Source: an uncultured virus (IMG/VR IMGVR_UViG_3300038825_001395)
Taxonomy: Duplodnaviria; Heunggongvirae; Uroviricota; Caudoviricetes
Direction: 5' to 3' (one strand)
Length of the DNA stretch: 64,000 nucleotides
IMG/VR virus record: IMGVR_UViG_3300038825_001395
Below the pieces are notes generated by a model. The model saw nothing but the letters and a program-made list of their open reading frames with translations. It searched no databases and was not told where the DNA came from. Positions 18,331 to 28,853 of this stretch are shown one piece after another (within the stretch, counting starts at the first letter, position 1; the number at the start of each line of letters is the position of its first letter). A program made the translations under genes and the position numbers.

Positions 18331-19803
18331 TTACTTCTTTTTTAGTTTAGCATACTTCTTTAGAGCATCTTTACTCTTCTTATTCTTCTTATTGTACTTG
18401 TCTATATTTTTCTTAAACTTATCAGCCAATCCTTCTTTCAAAGACTTAATGACATCACTATAATTACCTCTACCATTAAATGCTATTTTTTTATAAGCAT
18501 CAATTAGTTTTTTGTCGCCCTCTATTCTAATAAATGCTGGTTGACTTCTTTTACCAGTTGCTTCTCTCTTAGAACCAGAAATTATTTTAACTCCTCCGGC
18601 AGGACCTGTGCTTGGAAATATCCTTTTATAATCTTTTGCCATGGCTGTGATTGATGGATAGTTGTGTGTGTAGTTTGCTTCATTTATAGATTTTTTTACT
18701 GATTCATGAATACCTTGTTTTTTTTGACCTTCATTTACGGATTCTTTTACACCCTTACCACCCATTTTTTTATAAAGCTTTATTAGATTTTTTAGATGGT
18801 CTTCATCTCTTGCATTAGTAACTCTACCTTGTTTCTTAATCTTCTTTTGAAACATTAGTATAGCATCTTTAATTTTATTTAGTTCCATAGCAGCTTCATT
18901 TACATCTTCTTTAATTCCTAATACCTTTGGCATTTTTAAAGTCATATCAACAAGTTCATCAGAAGTATATTTTTCCATAGCTTTCTGATACTTCTTCATC
19001 TTTGGGTGATTGTAAATCTTCATAATAAGATTAGCAGTTTTACCGTTCATCTTTGTACCGGTAACATTACCATACTTATTTTGTTTAGCTAAGTTTTCAA
19101 TAGATTTTAATACTTTTGAACTTTCATTCATTTGATATTCTCCAAATACCTCGTCTAATACTTCATCTATTATTGGATTGAAGTCAGGCATATTATTTTC
19201 TTTTTTCAAACGACTTTTTTCAGCTCGTCCTCTATTTTTTGATTCTTTTTCAAATCCCACAATTTTTCCTCCCTTATGAGAAGCATCTTTACCATCACCA
19301 TTTCCATAAGTTCCTTTATCTCTATTATACTTATTTAATTCTGCTCTATACTTTTTAGACTTCGTAGAGGATTGAAATTTTTTATATTCATCTTTATAGT
19401 CTCTCTCCTTAGCCTCTCTATAAACTATCTTACCATATTTGGATTCTATACCAATCTTATGGTTTGGAAATTTTTTCTTTACATCATCCATTTCTGCTGG
19501 AATTTCTTTTAAATTCTTTACGGATACTCGTTTTACTATCTTATTATTTTTACTTATAATGATATCCCAAGGTCCTGCTGTTCCACCTTTACGAACAGCT
19601 TTCATCATGTTAGAAGTTTTACTTTCTTTTTTTATTGGTAAATCACCATGTTTGGTTTTAGCATATTTTTTCACACTACCTTTCTTCATAGACTTAGCAG
19701 CATCTTGAGCATCTTTAGAAAATTTACCGGCAGGTTGTTCACCCTTTTGGATAGACCGAACAATTCCCATGAACTTCTGTTGTTTCTTGGAAACCGATGG
19801 CAT
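18331..19803 (-). CDS. Basic modular polyprotein including an HNH-like module
   Basis: MPSVSKKQQKFMG N-module; RDYKDEY..DGKDASH..SKNRGR HNH-like module; modules separated by xxE linkers. Confidence 0.6.
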   Translation of the reverse strand: MPSVSKKQQKFMGIVRSIQKGEQPAGKFSKDAQDAAKSMKKGSVKKYAKTKHGDLPIKKESKTSNMMKAVRKGGTAGPWDIIISKNNKIVKRVSVKNLKEIPAEMDDVKKKFPNHKIGIESKYGKIVYREAKERDYKDEYKKFQSSTKSKKYRAELNKYNRDKGTYGNGDGKDASHKGGKIVGFEKESKNRGRAEKSRLKKENNMPDFNPIIDEVLDEVFGEYQMNESSKVLKSIENLAKQNKYGNVTGTKMNGKTANLIMKIYNHPKMKKYQKAMEKYTSDELVDMTLKMPKVLGIKEDVNEAAMELNKIKDAILMFQKKIKKQGRVTNARDEDHLKNLIKLYKKMGGKGVKESVNEGQKKQGIHESVKKSINEANYTHNYPSITAMAKDYKRIFPSTGPAGGVKIISGSKREATGKRSQPAFIRIEGDKKLIDAYKKIAFNGRGNYSDVIKSLKEGLADKFKKNIDKYNKKNKKSKDALKKYAKLKKK

Positions 19804-19804
19804 T

Positions 19805-20395
19805 TTATCCCCTCATTATAGAGTTAATAATAGACTCAATTTTGTTTTCTGATTTTGGTTGTTCCACACCTTCATTAACAGGTCTCATGAAAGCACCATG
19901 TGTAGATGGATTTGATACGAAATCAAATGCAATAAGTTCAAAGTCAGGTTGAACTTGAACGGTGTCTGCTTCTTTCATTGGTTCTACTGAACCTAATCCT
20001 CTTGAAGAGATACCAAGTTTTATACCTGATTTAAATAATTCTTTTAGGATGTTTCCAGCAGGTGTTGATAGAACTTCAACAGTTCCTAACAAGTCATCAC
20101 CATCCCAATGCATCTCAATAATATTATGTGAAGCATTGTTTAAATTAACAACAGAAGAATCAGGATGATCTAACTCACCTAATGCTCTTCTTTCTGTTAC
20201 TTGTTCTGATAGATACTTAGATACTTCTTTTAAAAGAACTTCTCTTGGATACACTCTACCATTTTGATTTTTGGATTCTGCTCTTTGTAAAACACCTTTT
20301 ACAATTAACCGACCATCATTTTCTTTTATAGATTCATCAATTTTATTTCTTGATATTTCAAATGGTCTTACATCTACTAATAATTTTTTATTCAT
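19805..20395 (-). CDS. gp21: Prohead core protease (T4 gp21-like)
   Basis: NQNGRVYP, ALGELDHP, GISSRGLGS and FDFVSNPS motifs. Confidence 0.95.
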   Translation of the reverse strand: MNKKLLVDVRPFEISRNKIDESIKENDGRLIVKGVLQRAESKNQNGRVYPREVLLKEVSKYLSEQVTERRALGELDHPDSSVVNLNNASHNIIEMHWDGDDLLGTVEVLSTPAGNILKELFKSGIKLGISSRGLGSVEPMKEADTVQVQPDFELIAFDFVSNPSTHGAFMRPVNEGVEQPKSENKIESIINSIMRG

Positions 20396-20399
20396 TGTT

Positions 20400-20717
20400 T
20401 TATCCTACGTTTCCTGTGTATACAAAAGTTACATCACCAGCAGCTCCACCGTTACTTGTCCAAGCAACTGGATTGATATCTAAACGAATGGGACCTCCAG
20501 CGGCGTTAGTTACTTGTGAACCACTTACATATGTTGAAAGACTTCCTGATTGATAGGCAAAAGAATAATTACCTATTTTATTAATTAAAATATAATTAGG
20601 TCTATCGTGTAAGGCTGGATATGGAGCTGGATTTGTTGATTGACCATGAGCACTCAAAGGTAATGCCTTTGGTTGTGATTTTAAGTTATTATTAGGATTT
20701 GCTTCATACCTTGACAT
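20400..20717 (-). CDS. Hypothetical protein
   Basis: 105 aa, operonic within the head cluster. Confidence 0.55.
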   Translation of the reverse strand: MSRYEANPNNNLKSQPKALPLSAHGQSTNPAPYPALHDRPNYILINKIGNYSFAYQSGSLSTYVSGSQVTNAAGGPIRLDINPVAWTSNGGAAGDVTFVYTGNVG

Positions 20718-21023
20718 TTATTTACCCCCCCAAGAGCTTCTCTTTACCCAAATATCAAAAAGAATATCAGAAACTTCTTTTCTTATTTGTTTTTTAATTT
20801 TATCTAAATCTTGTTTTGATACATCTTCATCTATAAATTTGTATCCTGTTTGTTTTTCAATATTTTTCTTTCTTTTCTTTTTCATCTTACCAAAAGCATA
20901 TGGCGTTTGGTAAGCATCAACACTAGCAGTAGTAGTTATTTCTTTTAACTTTTTTTGAAATAGCTTACTAGCTAGTTCTTTAACTAAAGAATTAAATTTT
21001 ACTGAGTTCTTTATCGAGTTCAT
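20718..21023 (-). CDS. Hypothetical basic protein
   Basis: 101 aa; LKE|ITTTASV..YQTPYAF motif. Confidence 0.55.
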   Translation of the reverse strand: MNSIKNSVKFNSLVKELASKLFQKKLKEITTTASVDAYQTPYAFGKMKKKRKKNIEKQTGYKFIDEDVSKQDLDKIKKQIRKEVSDILFDIWVKRSSWGGK

Positions 21024-21837
21024 AGTATCTCAAAAGTTGAACAACTGAATTATCATCAGTTTGTTTTGATTCATTTAAACAAAACTTATCAGTACAATTA
21101 ATTGCTTCTTGTAACTTTATTTTTAATACCTTATCCTTTACTTTCTTTACTTTGGAATTTAACTTTGTTTTAAGTTTTGGTATTTGAGTTTCTACAAATA
21201 CAGAAAAGTTGTTGGTATTAGAGATATTACTAATGTATTCTTTAAGAACTTTCTTTTGTTCATCTGAAAGGTTTGTGTATTTGTTATTAAACTTTTCTAA
21301 AAGTGTTTTATAAGAAAGGATTCTTAAATCTTTATCTTTAAACTCTTTAGGTATATAAGATTTTTCTTTAGAATGCTTTAAAGTTGTTACATTTTCTATT
21401 ATAATAAAGTAACTTTCTGTTTTCTCGTCAGCACCCATTTCATTTATACCCTCAAACAACTTATATGTAGAGGCAAATACTTTATAATTTGGAAGTTTTG
21501 AACTGAAGAGTTGATTTACATCATAAGATTCTTTTATAGAAGCAATTGTATTGTACTTCTCTCTTCTTAATGTAGCATTATTTAAAAGATTTCTCTGTTT
21601 AATAACTTCTGATAAGAAAAAATCAGCCTTCTTGTCTGATTTAAATTTTTTAGTCATCACTAAATTATACAAAGCCAATTCTTTACCCAACTCTGTGTGC
21701 TCATTAAATTGTTTTTTAATAATTTTAAGAGCCGGTGACTCCTTCTTTTTGTTTAACACATCTACTGTTACTTGTCTTAATAAGAACTCAAATAGTAGTC
21801 CTGTGTTTCTTAATTTACTATGTTTAAATTTGCTCAT
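20992..21837 (-). CDS. Hypothetical head-assembly protein
   Basis: KHSKLRNTGLLFEFL N-terminus; lies between portal and protease with its own promoter motif. Confidence 0.6.
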   Translation of the reverse strand: MSKFKHSKLRNTGLLFEFLLRQVTVDVLNKKKESPALKIIKKQFNEHTELGKELALYNLVMTKKFKSDKKADFFLSEVIKQRNLLNNATLRREKYNTIASIKESYDVNQLFSSKLPNYKVFASTYKLFEGINEMGADEKTESYFIIIENVTTLKHSKEKSYIPKEFKDKDLRILSYKTLLEKFNNKYTNLSDEQKKVLKEYISNISNTNNFSVFVETQIPKLKTKLNSKVKKVKDKVLKIKLQEAINCTDKFCLNESKQTDDNSVVQLLRYYELDKELSKI

Positions 21838-21909
21838 ATAATATTTTCCAAAGTATTTTGATACAATTATTCATATATAAATATAACAGAATTTAGATAA
21901 AGTAGGTAA

Positions 21910-23676
21910 TTACTCTTTTATTATGTTATCTTCACTCAACAAAGATGATTTTTTTTTAGGAAATTTTTCTTTGAGTCTATCTAGTATTCCCTCTCTAGCA
22001 ATTACCGTACTAGCTTTTGATGTAGCAAGTGGAGATTTACCTTTAAACTCTCTTTTCCCATAGGACCTGTCTGTATCTTTTAAACTATCATGTCCATACT
22101 TATCTTTCATAGTGTCTCTGTCTTTAAAAGAATCTTTTTTACTACCACCCCAATCACCTTTTCTGCTTACTGAAAAGTCATCATCTTCATCTTCATTATC
22201 TTCTTGTGGTGCTGGTTCTTTAGCAGGATCACTTCCTTCTGATTCTATTTGCTCTAATCTAAACTTTTGTTTTGTATCATCTACAATACCTTCATAAATG
22301 TCAATTTGTTTCTTTTCAGAAAAATCAAATATATTATCATAAATCCACTCTCTTGAAAATAACTTTGTTTCCATAGCTTTTTCAGCTGCTTCTATTTGTT
22401 GGTTTAACAACTCAAGTTTTTCTTGCTCATGAATCATAGATGGATTTTGTAACTCTAAACTAAAGTCAATTAAATCAGAATCATTAAATCCTTGTGAATA
22501 AAGATGAACAATACCAATCTTAGTTAATTCACTCACAATAATTTTTTGTAATCTTTCTATTGTTCTAGCAAATCTTACATCTTCAGCAGCCAATGTAGCT
22601 TTACCACCACTTAAACCTTCTTCATATCCTAAGAAAGCCTTTGGTATTCTTAAACTAGCCATCAACTTGTTTCTTAGATATTCTATGTCATCTATTTGGT
22701 CATTATTAGAAAGACCTTGTAATGTATCTATCTGTGTTCCACTATCTCCACCACGAACTGGCAGAAAAAAGTCTTCAGTAACAGATTCTACATTATATTT
22801 TAAGTTATATTCACCTGTTTTTTGGTCAATAACAGGAGTTTTCTTCATCTTGTTGATGATTTTTTGCATAAACTGTTCAACTTCTCTTGGTGGTATGTTT
22901 CCAACATCTATCTTGAACACTCTTTTCTCTGGTGCTCTCATGATACGGTGAATTAACATAGCATCTTCCATAAGAGTTAATTGTTTAAATATTTTTCTTC
23001 CGTTTTCTAATAAAGAACGACCATATGGTAAAAAGTTTGTATCAGATAATACACGGAAGTGTGCTATCTCATAGTTTTCTTTTATTTCTTTTTTATTATC
23101 TTCAACTTCAAACTGAATAAGTTGTGGGTTAGCAGGATCGTGGTCTTCTAATCTAGTAATATCATAAGCAGAAATAGGTTTTACATTTACTACTCCGTAT
23201 TTATCAACAATATCCAACTGAAGATAAAAGTCTCCATACTTAGTCATATTACGAATCCAACTCCATAAGTTAAATTCAATATTTATAACATCATAAAATA
23301 AATTGTGTAAAATCTTTTGAACTTGACTATTCTCACTTTTTACTTTAAGTATTTCACCCTCAATATTATCAACGGTTGATTCATCTGAATATATGTCAAG
23401 AGCAGAAGCAATAATCGGGTCTTGATCCATTAACTCATAATCTTTAAATAAGTCATGTTTTCTTATTTCATAAGCAGCTCTTCTATTTTGAGCGGTTGCA
23501 TATGGATTTGAATAATTGTTTTGTATCATCCGATTATATCGGTCAACAAAATTTGATGTCAAACTTGTTTGTGAGTAGTCTAAATCTTTTACTACCAATC
23601 TATTATCATCAGCTTTTCTGATGATAACATTAGATTGAAATAATCTACCAAGTCTTGTAAATAAATTGTCTGCCAT
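21910..23676 (-). CDS. gp20: Portal protein (T4 gp20-like)
   Basis: LMEDAMLIHRIMRAPEKRVFKIDVGN, EDFFLPVRG..GTQIDTLQG, IDDIEYLRNKL..LRIPK. Confidence 0.97.
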   Translation of the reverse strand: MADNLFTRLGRLFQSNVIIRKADDNRLVVKDLDYSQTSLTSNFVDRYNRMIQNNYSNPYATAQNRRAAYEIRKHDLFKDYELMDQDPIIASALDIYSDESTVDNIEGEILKVKSENSQVQKILHNLFYDVINIEFNLWSWIRNMTKYGDFYLQLDIVDKYGVVNVKPISAYDITRLEDHDPANPQLIQFEVEDNKKEIKENYEIAHFRVLSDTNFLPYGRSLLENGRKIFKQLTLMEDAMLIHRIMRAPEKRVFKIDVGNIPPREVEQFMQKIINKMKKTPVIDQKTGEYNLKYNVESVTEDFFLPVRGGDSGTQIDTLQGLSNNDQIDDIEYLRNKLMASLRIPKAFLGYEEGLSGGKATLAAEDVRFARTIERLQKIIVSELTKIGIVHLYSQGFNDSDLIDFSLELQNPSMIHEQEKLELLNQQIEAAEKAMETKLFSREWIYDNIFDFSEKKQIDIYEGIVDDTKQKFRLEQIESEGSDPAKEPAPQEDNEDEDDDFSVSRKGDWGGSKKDSFKDRDTMKDKYGHDSLKDTDRSYGKREFKGKSPLATSKASTVIAREGILDRLKEKFPKKKSSLLSEDNIIKE

Positions 23677-23679
23677 GTT

Positions 23680-25263
23680 TTACCCCAATAGCCAAGTTAA
23701 GTCTTCTTCTTCATTTTCATTAATTTTTATTTTATATGGATTATGTTTAGGAACATTGTTTGATGTCATTACTGCTGAGTTTCCATTTAAACTTCCAATA
23801 GAACTTACCAAACTACTTTGAAATTCGTTTCTTTCTGATTGAATACGAATCGCAGTATCCCTAATCCATAGTAAAATAGAATAAGACATAACAAGGTCAT
23901 CATTATATCCTTCTAATGCTTCGGTCTTACTATTCTTATATATAAATACAAAAAGTTCATCAATTAAACGAGTTGATTTTATCTTTACCATCTTTTCTCT
24001 GGTATATTCTTCCATCTTAGCAATAATCAATGGTTTAGACTTCATAGTTGTTGTGAAACCTGGTATCTTGTTTCTATCTATTTGTCTATATCTGTTTGTA
24101 TGTTGAACATCTTCATCTACAATAAGATGATTTTTTTCTTGATAAAAAAGATTTTCATATCCTCTATCAATAATTGTTTGTAATGTAGCCCAACCTATGT
24201 TATTGTTTTCCACAACAAGTAGGGCATCATTGTATTTTGTAGCTAACTCAATTAAAAAGTTTCCAAATTCGGTTGTTCCTAACTGACCTTTGTATTCTGC
24301 TACTTGTTCCATTTCTTCTATATCAAATACTTGAGCAGTGCTGTAATCAGTTCCATCTCCTCTAGCAACATCAGCACTAACCAAGTATTTTTTAGCATAA
24401 TCTGGATATCCCCATATCCATAAGTTTCTATCAAACCCACTCTTCTCACTTGGCTCACAACATACATTATCTTTATACCAACCCAATATAAGAGGATCAA
24501 CAACTGAACGACCAGAACTTAAAAAGTCAGCATCACATTCTTGAGCAGCTTTACTAGGTCCTAATATTTTATCTTGCTCATCTCTCCAACTCTGGTCTCT
24601 TTCAGGATGGTCTGTCCAATGAAGTTTGATTGTATTAAATTTATTTGTTCCATCTTTAGCATCCATCCAAGTTTTGTGAAACCAATTACCCACACCATTG
24701 GGTGTTGATATACCAATACATCTACCACCAGTAGCAAGTGTCTGTTGAGCGGCAGTCCAGATAATATCAATCTTATCAATGAAAGCAGCCTCATCAAGTA
24801 TTAGTAGAGACAAAGCTTCAGAACGACCAGCAGACTCATTAGAAGCAATAGCTTTTATCTGACTTCCGTTCTTAAATATAAGTGAAAGTTTGTTGTTTTC
24901 CACAATAGCAGTTTTTAACCAATTAGGTAAACCCTCATACATAATACGGACTTTTGTTACCAAGTTTTTTGCTGTATCTTTTGATGTAGCAATACATAGG
25001 ATGTTTTTATCATTGTGAAATAACATCATCCATAAAGCATAAGCAGCACTTAGGGTTGATATACCTAACTGACGAGATTTTAGTACAACATTATAGTCGT
25101 GTTTCTCAAACTCATCTAATACATCATACTGATAAGGATAAAGTTTAAACTTTATCTTACCTCTTTGTGGATGTTGGATAGTGCAAAACTCATTAATAAA
25201 GTATGATGGGTTTTTAGCACACTTTACATAGTTTTGTTTTATCGCTTGTTTTAAGTTACTCAT
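23680..25263 (-). CDS. gp17: Terminase large subunit (T4 gp17-like)
   Basis: Walker A KSRQLGIST, Walker B LLILDEAAF, coupling ISTPNG, nuclease ADVARGDG.DYS and YNDDLVMS. Confidence 0.97.
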   Translation of the reverse strand: MSNLKQAIKQNYVKCAKNPSYFINEFCTIQHPQRGKIKFKLYPYQYDVLDEFEKHDYNVVLKSRQLGISTLSAAYALWMMLFHNDKNILCIATSKDTAKNLVTKVRIMYEGLPNWLKTAIVENNKLSLIFKNGSQIKAIASNESAGRSEALSLLILDEAAFIDKIDIIWTAAQQTLATGGRCIGISTPNGVGNWFHKTWMDAKDGTNKFNTIKLHWTDHPERDQSWRDEQDKILGPSKAAQECDADFLSSGRSVVDPLILGWYKDNVCCEPSEKSGFDRNLWIWGYPDYAKKYLVSADVARGDGTDYSTAQVFDIEEMEQVAEYKGQLGTTEFGNFLIELATKYNDALLVVENNNIGWATLQTIIDRGYENLFYQEKNHLIVDEDVQHTNRYRQIDRNKIPGFTTTMKSKPLIIAKMEEYTREKMVKIKSTRLIDELFVFIYKNSKTEALEGYNDDLVMSYSILLWIRDTAIRIQSERNEFQSSLVSSIGSLNGNSAVMTSNNVPKHNPYKIKINENEEEDLTWLLG

Positions 25264-25736
25264 ATTTTATTTAAACCTTGTTCGTGGTTTCCAATAGCTT
25301 TTGCTACTGTTTCATCAAATGGACTATCTGCTTTTTTTATACCATCCATTTCAGATTCATATTCAGTAAGAACGGCTTCCCATCTTTTTTCTTCTTGTTC
25401 TTTTACCCAATCTTCCCATTTATCTTCTCTTTTTAATTTCATCTCAAAATCTATTTGACAATAATAACATCTAGCCATACGGTCAAAAGTTTGTTGGTCA
25501 ATTGTTTTAAGTATTAACTTTTCACAATCATCACATTTGTCAAATCCTCTTGGTGGTATCTTGGTAATTTGTTGTCTTTTACCATCTACTTTGGTAAACT
25601 TTCTACCACTTGCTTCTTCCCAAATCTCACCTTCTTTTCTCATTTCAATAGTTTTTCCGGTGTATCCAATCCGTGGAGTTCCTTTACCACCAACACCAGC
25701 TATTAACTTTTTTACTTTCTCTATATTTCTACCCAT
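25260..25736 (-). CDS. Hypothetical protein with two CxxC motifs
   Basis: CDDC..CYYC; ATGA overlap with the terminase gene. Confidence 0.6.
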   Translation of the reverse strand: MGRNIEKVKKLIAGVGGKGTPRIGYTGKTIEMRKEGEIWEEASGRKFTKVDGKRQQITKIPPRGFDKCDDCEKLILKTIDQQTFDRMARCYYCQIDFEMKLKREDKWEDWVKEQEEKRWEAVLTEYESEMDGIKKADSPFDETVAKAIGNHEQGLNKI

Positions 25737-25751
25737 AATATAACCTCTAAT

Positions 25752-28700
25752 TTAAAAAAACATCAATCCTGTTATTTGATTTATAGGAGCAAAAGCACCT
25801 GTAAACTTATAAATATTACCATTATATTTAAATACCAATCCTTCAGTTGGAACAATAGCATCAAACCCACCGATAGCATTTAATCTATCTAATTGTATTT
25901 TTAATTTATTTAACTTTTTTAAGTCACCACCACTTCTTATATCGGATATAGCAGCTTTAAGTTTCTTTCTCATATTCTGTACTGATTTTGCTGGATTGAC
26001 GGCTAGCCACCCATCCATATTCTTCATTATCTCAGCACCAACTTCAAAAAATAATTCTTCAAATGGTTTCATATTATCTTTTACCATTCTAGCATGGTCT
26101 AATTTTTCTGTAACTAAAGTCCATTCTAAAAACTTATTATTTTTTATTGTAGCTTTCATATCTCTTATTGAATATGATTTATCAAAGAAAGCCCATCTCA
26201 TTGTAAGTCTTTTAAGAACATTTGCTGGTATCTTATATTTAAATTGTTTAGCAGCATTAAAGATATATTCTTCCCAAAATCTTTGATGATATAATCCAAG
26301 TGTATCATTATCTTTAAGAGCATATTGACTCTGTAATTTAGATAAACGGCCATGAAATTTTTTCTTCATCTTACCAAAGTCTTGATGTTTAGGGACAGTA
26401 ACAAAGTTTGGTTTTGATATTTTATAATGTTTTTGTATATGTTGATTAACTTGTTTTATCATACCTTGTAACATTCTTGCACTATCTTTTGCTTGTCCTA
26501 TTGGTCGACCATTATCATCATATTCAATTGCACCGTGAAAAAGTAATTCTGTAATATCATAGTTGACCACATTCTCACTAGCAGGCCACATCACTTCTAA
26601 ACTCATAAACTTAGAACCATTACCAAAAATCTTATCTTGTTGTTTTTTAGAAAGAGCACCGATTGCTTTTGATAAATCTCTCATCGCATATACAAAAGCA
26701 TCTCGTATAGAACCTCTACCTTTAAATTTATTTTCTACATCTTTTATGGTTAAAGCTGTTTCACCTTTATTTTTAAGATGTCCTTTATTACGAGCAGCAA
26801 TAAGTTTTCCATCTTTGTAACTTATCATTAAGTTTTGACCATCTGTTTTTTCTGTAACATTATCTTCACGATTTAACTGACCACCCAATCCCAACTCTAT
26901 TATCTTTTTTAAATCTTTAAAAGTTAATTCTTTATCATCAAATGGATGATTCATATGTCCGTAGGCTCCGCCCATTAATAATAACTCCTTTCCGTTTCTT
27001 TCTAAATTACTTGTAAGTGAATAAACCTCTTTTACAATATCATATTCATCGTGTTGTTCGTTTCCTCTATCTTGGTCTGTATCAGTTGGTTCTTCTTTTT
27101 CTAATTGGTCTAATGTATTTTTACTATGTTTAAGAACTGACTTTCTTGATTTTTTAAGTTTGTCTGTATATTCATAATCTTGATTTTTTAAAATCATATC
27201 AATATGGTCTAACCAATGATTCCATAATTTACTTCCAACCAAATCTAAATCATTAGCAGCACTTGGAGAAGCTGCTCCAGCAGGTCCGTATGATACTGAA
27301 CCTATTGGACCATTTGGATATTTTGGAATATCAAACTCTTGACTATAGTAGTTTTCATCATCAATTATATTCTTAGCAATCTCCCAACCTAATCTACCAG
27401 CTTCTTTCTCACCCCTAAGTAAGTAAGATTTTAAACTTGATATAAAACCAGGACCATCATCAACCCCATCTGATTGAGTACCTGTGCTTTCTAATAAACC
27501 ACGATAAACCTCATATAGTTTTTTAAACTTATTGGTCATCATATTATACACACCTTTGTCGTAATATCCAAATGTTTTTTTGAAAAACTTTACTTTTTCT
27601 TTATCATCTACTTTTGGATTACCTAACATATCTCGTGTTTTAGTTCCACTTATGTTTCCGACTTGAGGAGCAGTTATAATGTATCCGTGTTCATCAAACC
27701 CTTTCATATCTTTAGTATAAGGTTTAAAATATTTACCACCTAACCTACCAGCATCTTTTCCACCAACAACATAAACTACTGCTGTAGTTTTAGGATCAAA
27801 TTTGTTTAATAAGTTTTTTGCTACATATGGTGACTTTTCCATAACGATACGATTTTTTGGAATACCAACCTTTACCATATGTCTAACTTTTTCTTTAAAG
27901 TTCATAGGATGACGAGGTGGTTTTTTTATATCGGATGTGGTTATGTAAGCCTCATCAACTTGTTTAGACAACCACTTGTATGTAGCAAGATGACCTGAAT
28001 GAAAGGGTTGAAATCTTCCACCAAATACACCAACAACTTTCTTAATGTTTTTTTCTTCCTTCAAATTGGATACACTATCCCCATTATCAACATTAGAATA
28101 TACAACACTTTCTCTATGTAAGTCAAGCGTTTTATTTATTTCTTTTATTCCTCTACCACCCCTATCAAATTTAGTAAATTTTTGTAGCTTACCAAAATGT
28201 TTCTCTTTACTCATCTTATCTTGTTTAGTCCATTTCATCTTATCAAAGACTTTCATTCTCATATGTTGTTTAACTATATAATGAATAGTATCAACATCAC
28301 CACCCATTGATTTTATCCAAGTAGCATATTTCTTTACTAATTGTGCTGAAACTTTCTCGTGTCCATAATGAGTCCAAAAACCTTTTTTCGGATGTAGTTT
28401 AGCAGTAGAGTCTTTTCCTATATCGTGGAATAATGCTGATAAAGCAAAGTCTATGTCACCGGTTTTTAATGCTCTGTTAGTTACAGCGATAGTATGTTTT
28501 AAAACATTACCTTCGGGATGAGCATCTCTTCTTTGGTCATAGTTTTTAAGATTATAAACTCTCTTTTTTAAAGCACTAGGAAGAGCATCATAGATGTCCC
28601 TAAATTTTTTAGGTTTAGGTCTAACTGCTATCTCATCTACTTTTTTATAACCACTACCATAAGGAACTGAGGTGTGTCCTTTCTTCTTCATCTTTTTTAT

Positions 28701-28805
28701 TTTAGAAAGTTTAGAGCCACCCTTGATAGTTCCATCACCAGCAACTATACCCATCTCATCTATGACGGGTTTGGTTATTTCTTCTATTAGTTTTTTTAAG
28801 CTCAT
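25752..28805 (-). CDS. Multidomain protein: HD phosphohydrolase, HxGH nucleotidyltransferase and RNA/DNA-ligase-like nucleotidyltransferase
   Basis: HPEGNVLKHT..FHDIGK..YGHE (HD, CCA-enzyme type); GGRFQPFHSGH..ISGTKTR (cytidylyltransferase fold); EKTDGQN..ARNKG..EGLVFK..K (ligase motifs I, Ia, IV, V). Confidence 0.75.
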   Translation of the reverse strand: MSLKKLIEEITKPVIDEMGIVAGDGTIKGGSKLSKIKKMKKKGHTSVPYGSGYKKVDEIAVRPKPKKFRDIYDALPSALKKRVYNLKNYDQRRDAHPEGNVLKHTIAVTNRALKTGDIDFALSALFHDIGKDSTAKLHPKKGFWTHYGHEKVSAQLVKKYATWIKSMGGDVDTIHYIVKQHMRMKVFDKMKWTKQDKMSKEKHFGKLQKFTKFDRGGRGIKEINKTLDLHRESVVYSNVDNGDSVSNLKEEKNIKKVVGVFGGRFQPFHSGHLATYKWLSKQVDEAYITTSDIKKPPRHPMNFKEKVRHMVKVGIPKNRIVMEKSPYVAKNLLNKFDPKTTAVVYVVGGKDAGRLGGKYFKPYTKDMKGFDEHGYIITAPQVGNISGTKTRDMLGNPKVDDKEKVKFFKKTFGYYDKGVYNMMTNKFKKLYEVYRGLLESTGTQSDGVDDGPGFISSLKSYLLRGEKEAGRLGWEIAKNIIDDENYYSQEFDIPKYPNGPIGSVSYGPAGAASPSAANDLDLVGSKLWNHWLDHIDMILKNQDYEYTDKLKKSRKSVLKHSKNTLDQLEKEEPTDTDQDRGNEQHDEYDIVKEVYSLTSNLERNGKELLLMGGAYGHMNHPFDDKELTFKDLKKIIELGLGGQLNREDNVTEKTDGQNLMISYKDGKLIAARNKGHLKNKGETALTIKDVENKFKGRGSIRDAFVYAMRDLSKAIGALSKKQQDKIFGNGSKFMSLEVMWPASENVVNYDITELLFHGAIEYDDNGRPIGQAKDSARMLQGMIKQVNQHIQKHYKISKPNFVTVPKHQDFGKMKKKFHGRLSKLQSQYALKDNDTLGLYHQRFWEEYIFNAAKQFKYKIPANVLKRLTMRWAFFDKSYSIRDMKATIKNNKFLEWTLVTEKLDHARMVKDNMKPFEELFFEVGAEIMKNMDGWLAVNPAKSVQNMRKKLKAAISDIRSGGDLKKLNKLKIQLDRLNAIGGFDAIVPTEGLVFKYNGNIYKFTGAFAPINQITGLMFF

Positions 28806-28853
28806 AAGTTTTGATGTTCCTTTACATCTATAAATATATAGATTTAAAAAGAA

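Noticed and set aside
25260..25736. Terminase small subunit call
   Set aside because: Only position supports it; no recognisable gp16 motif
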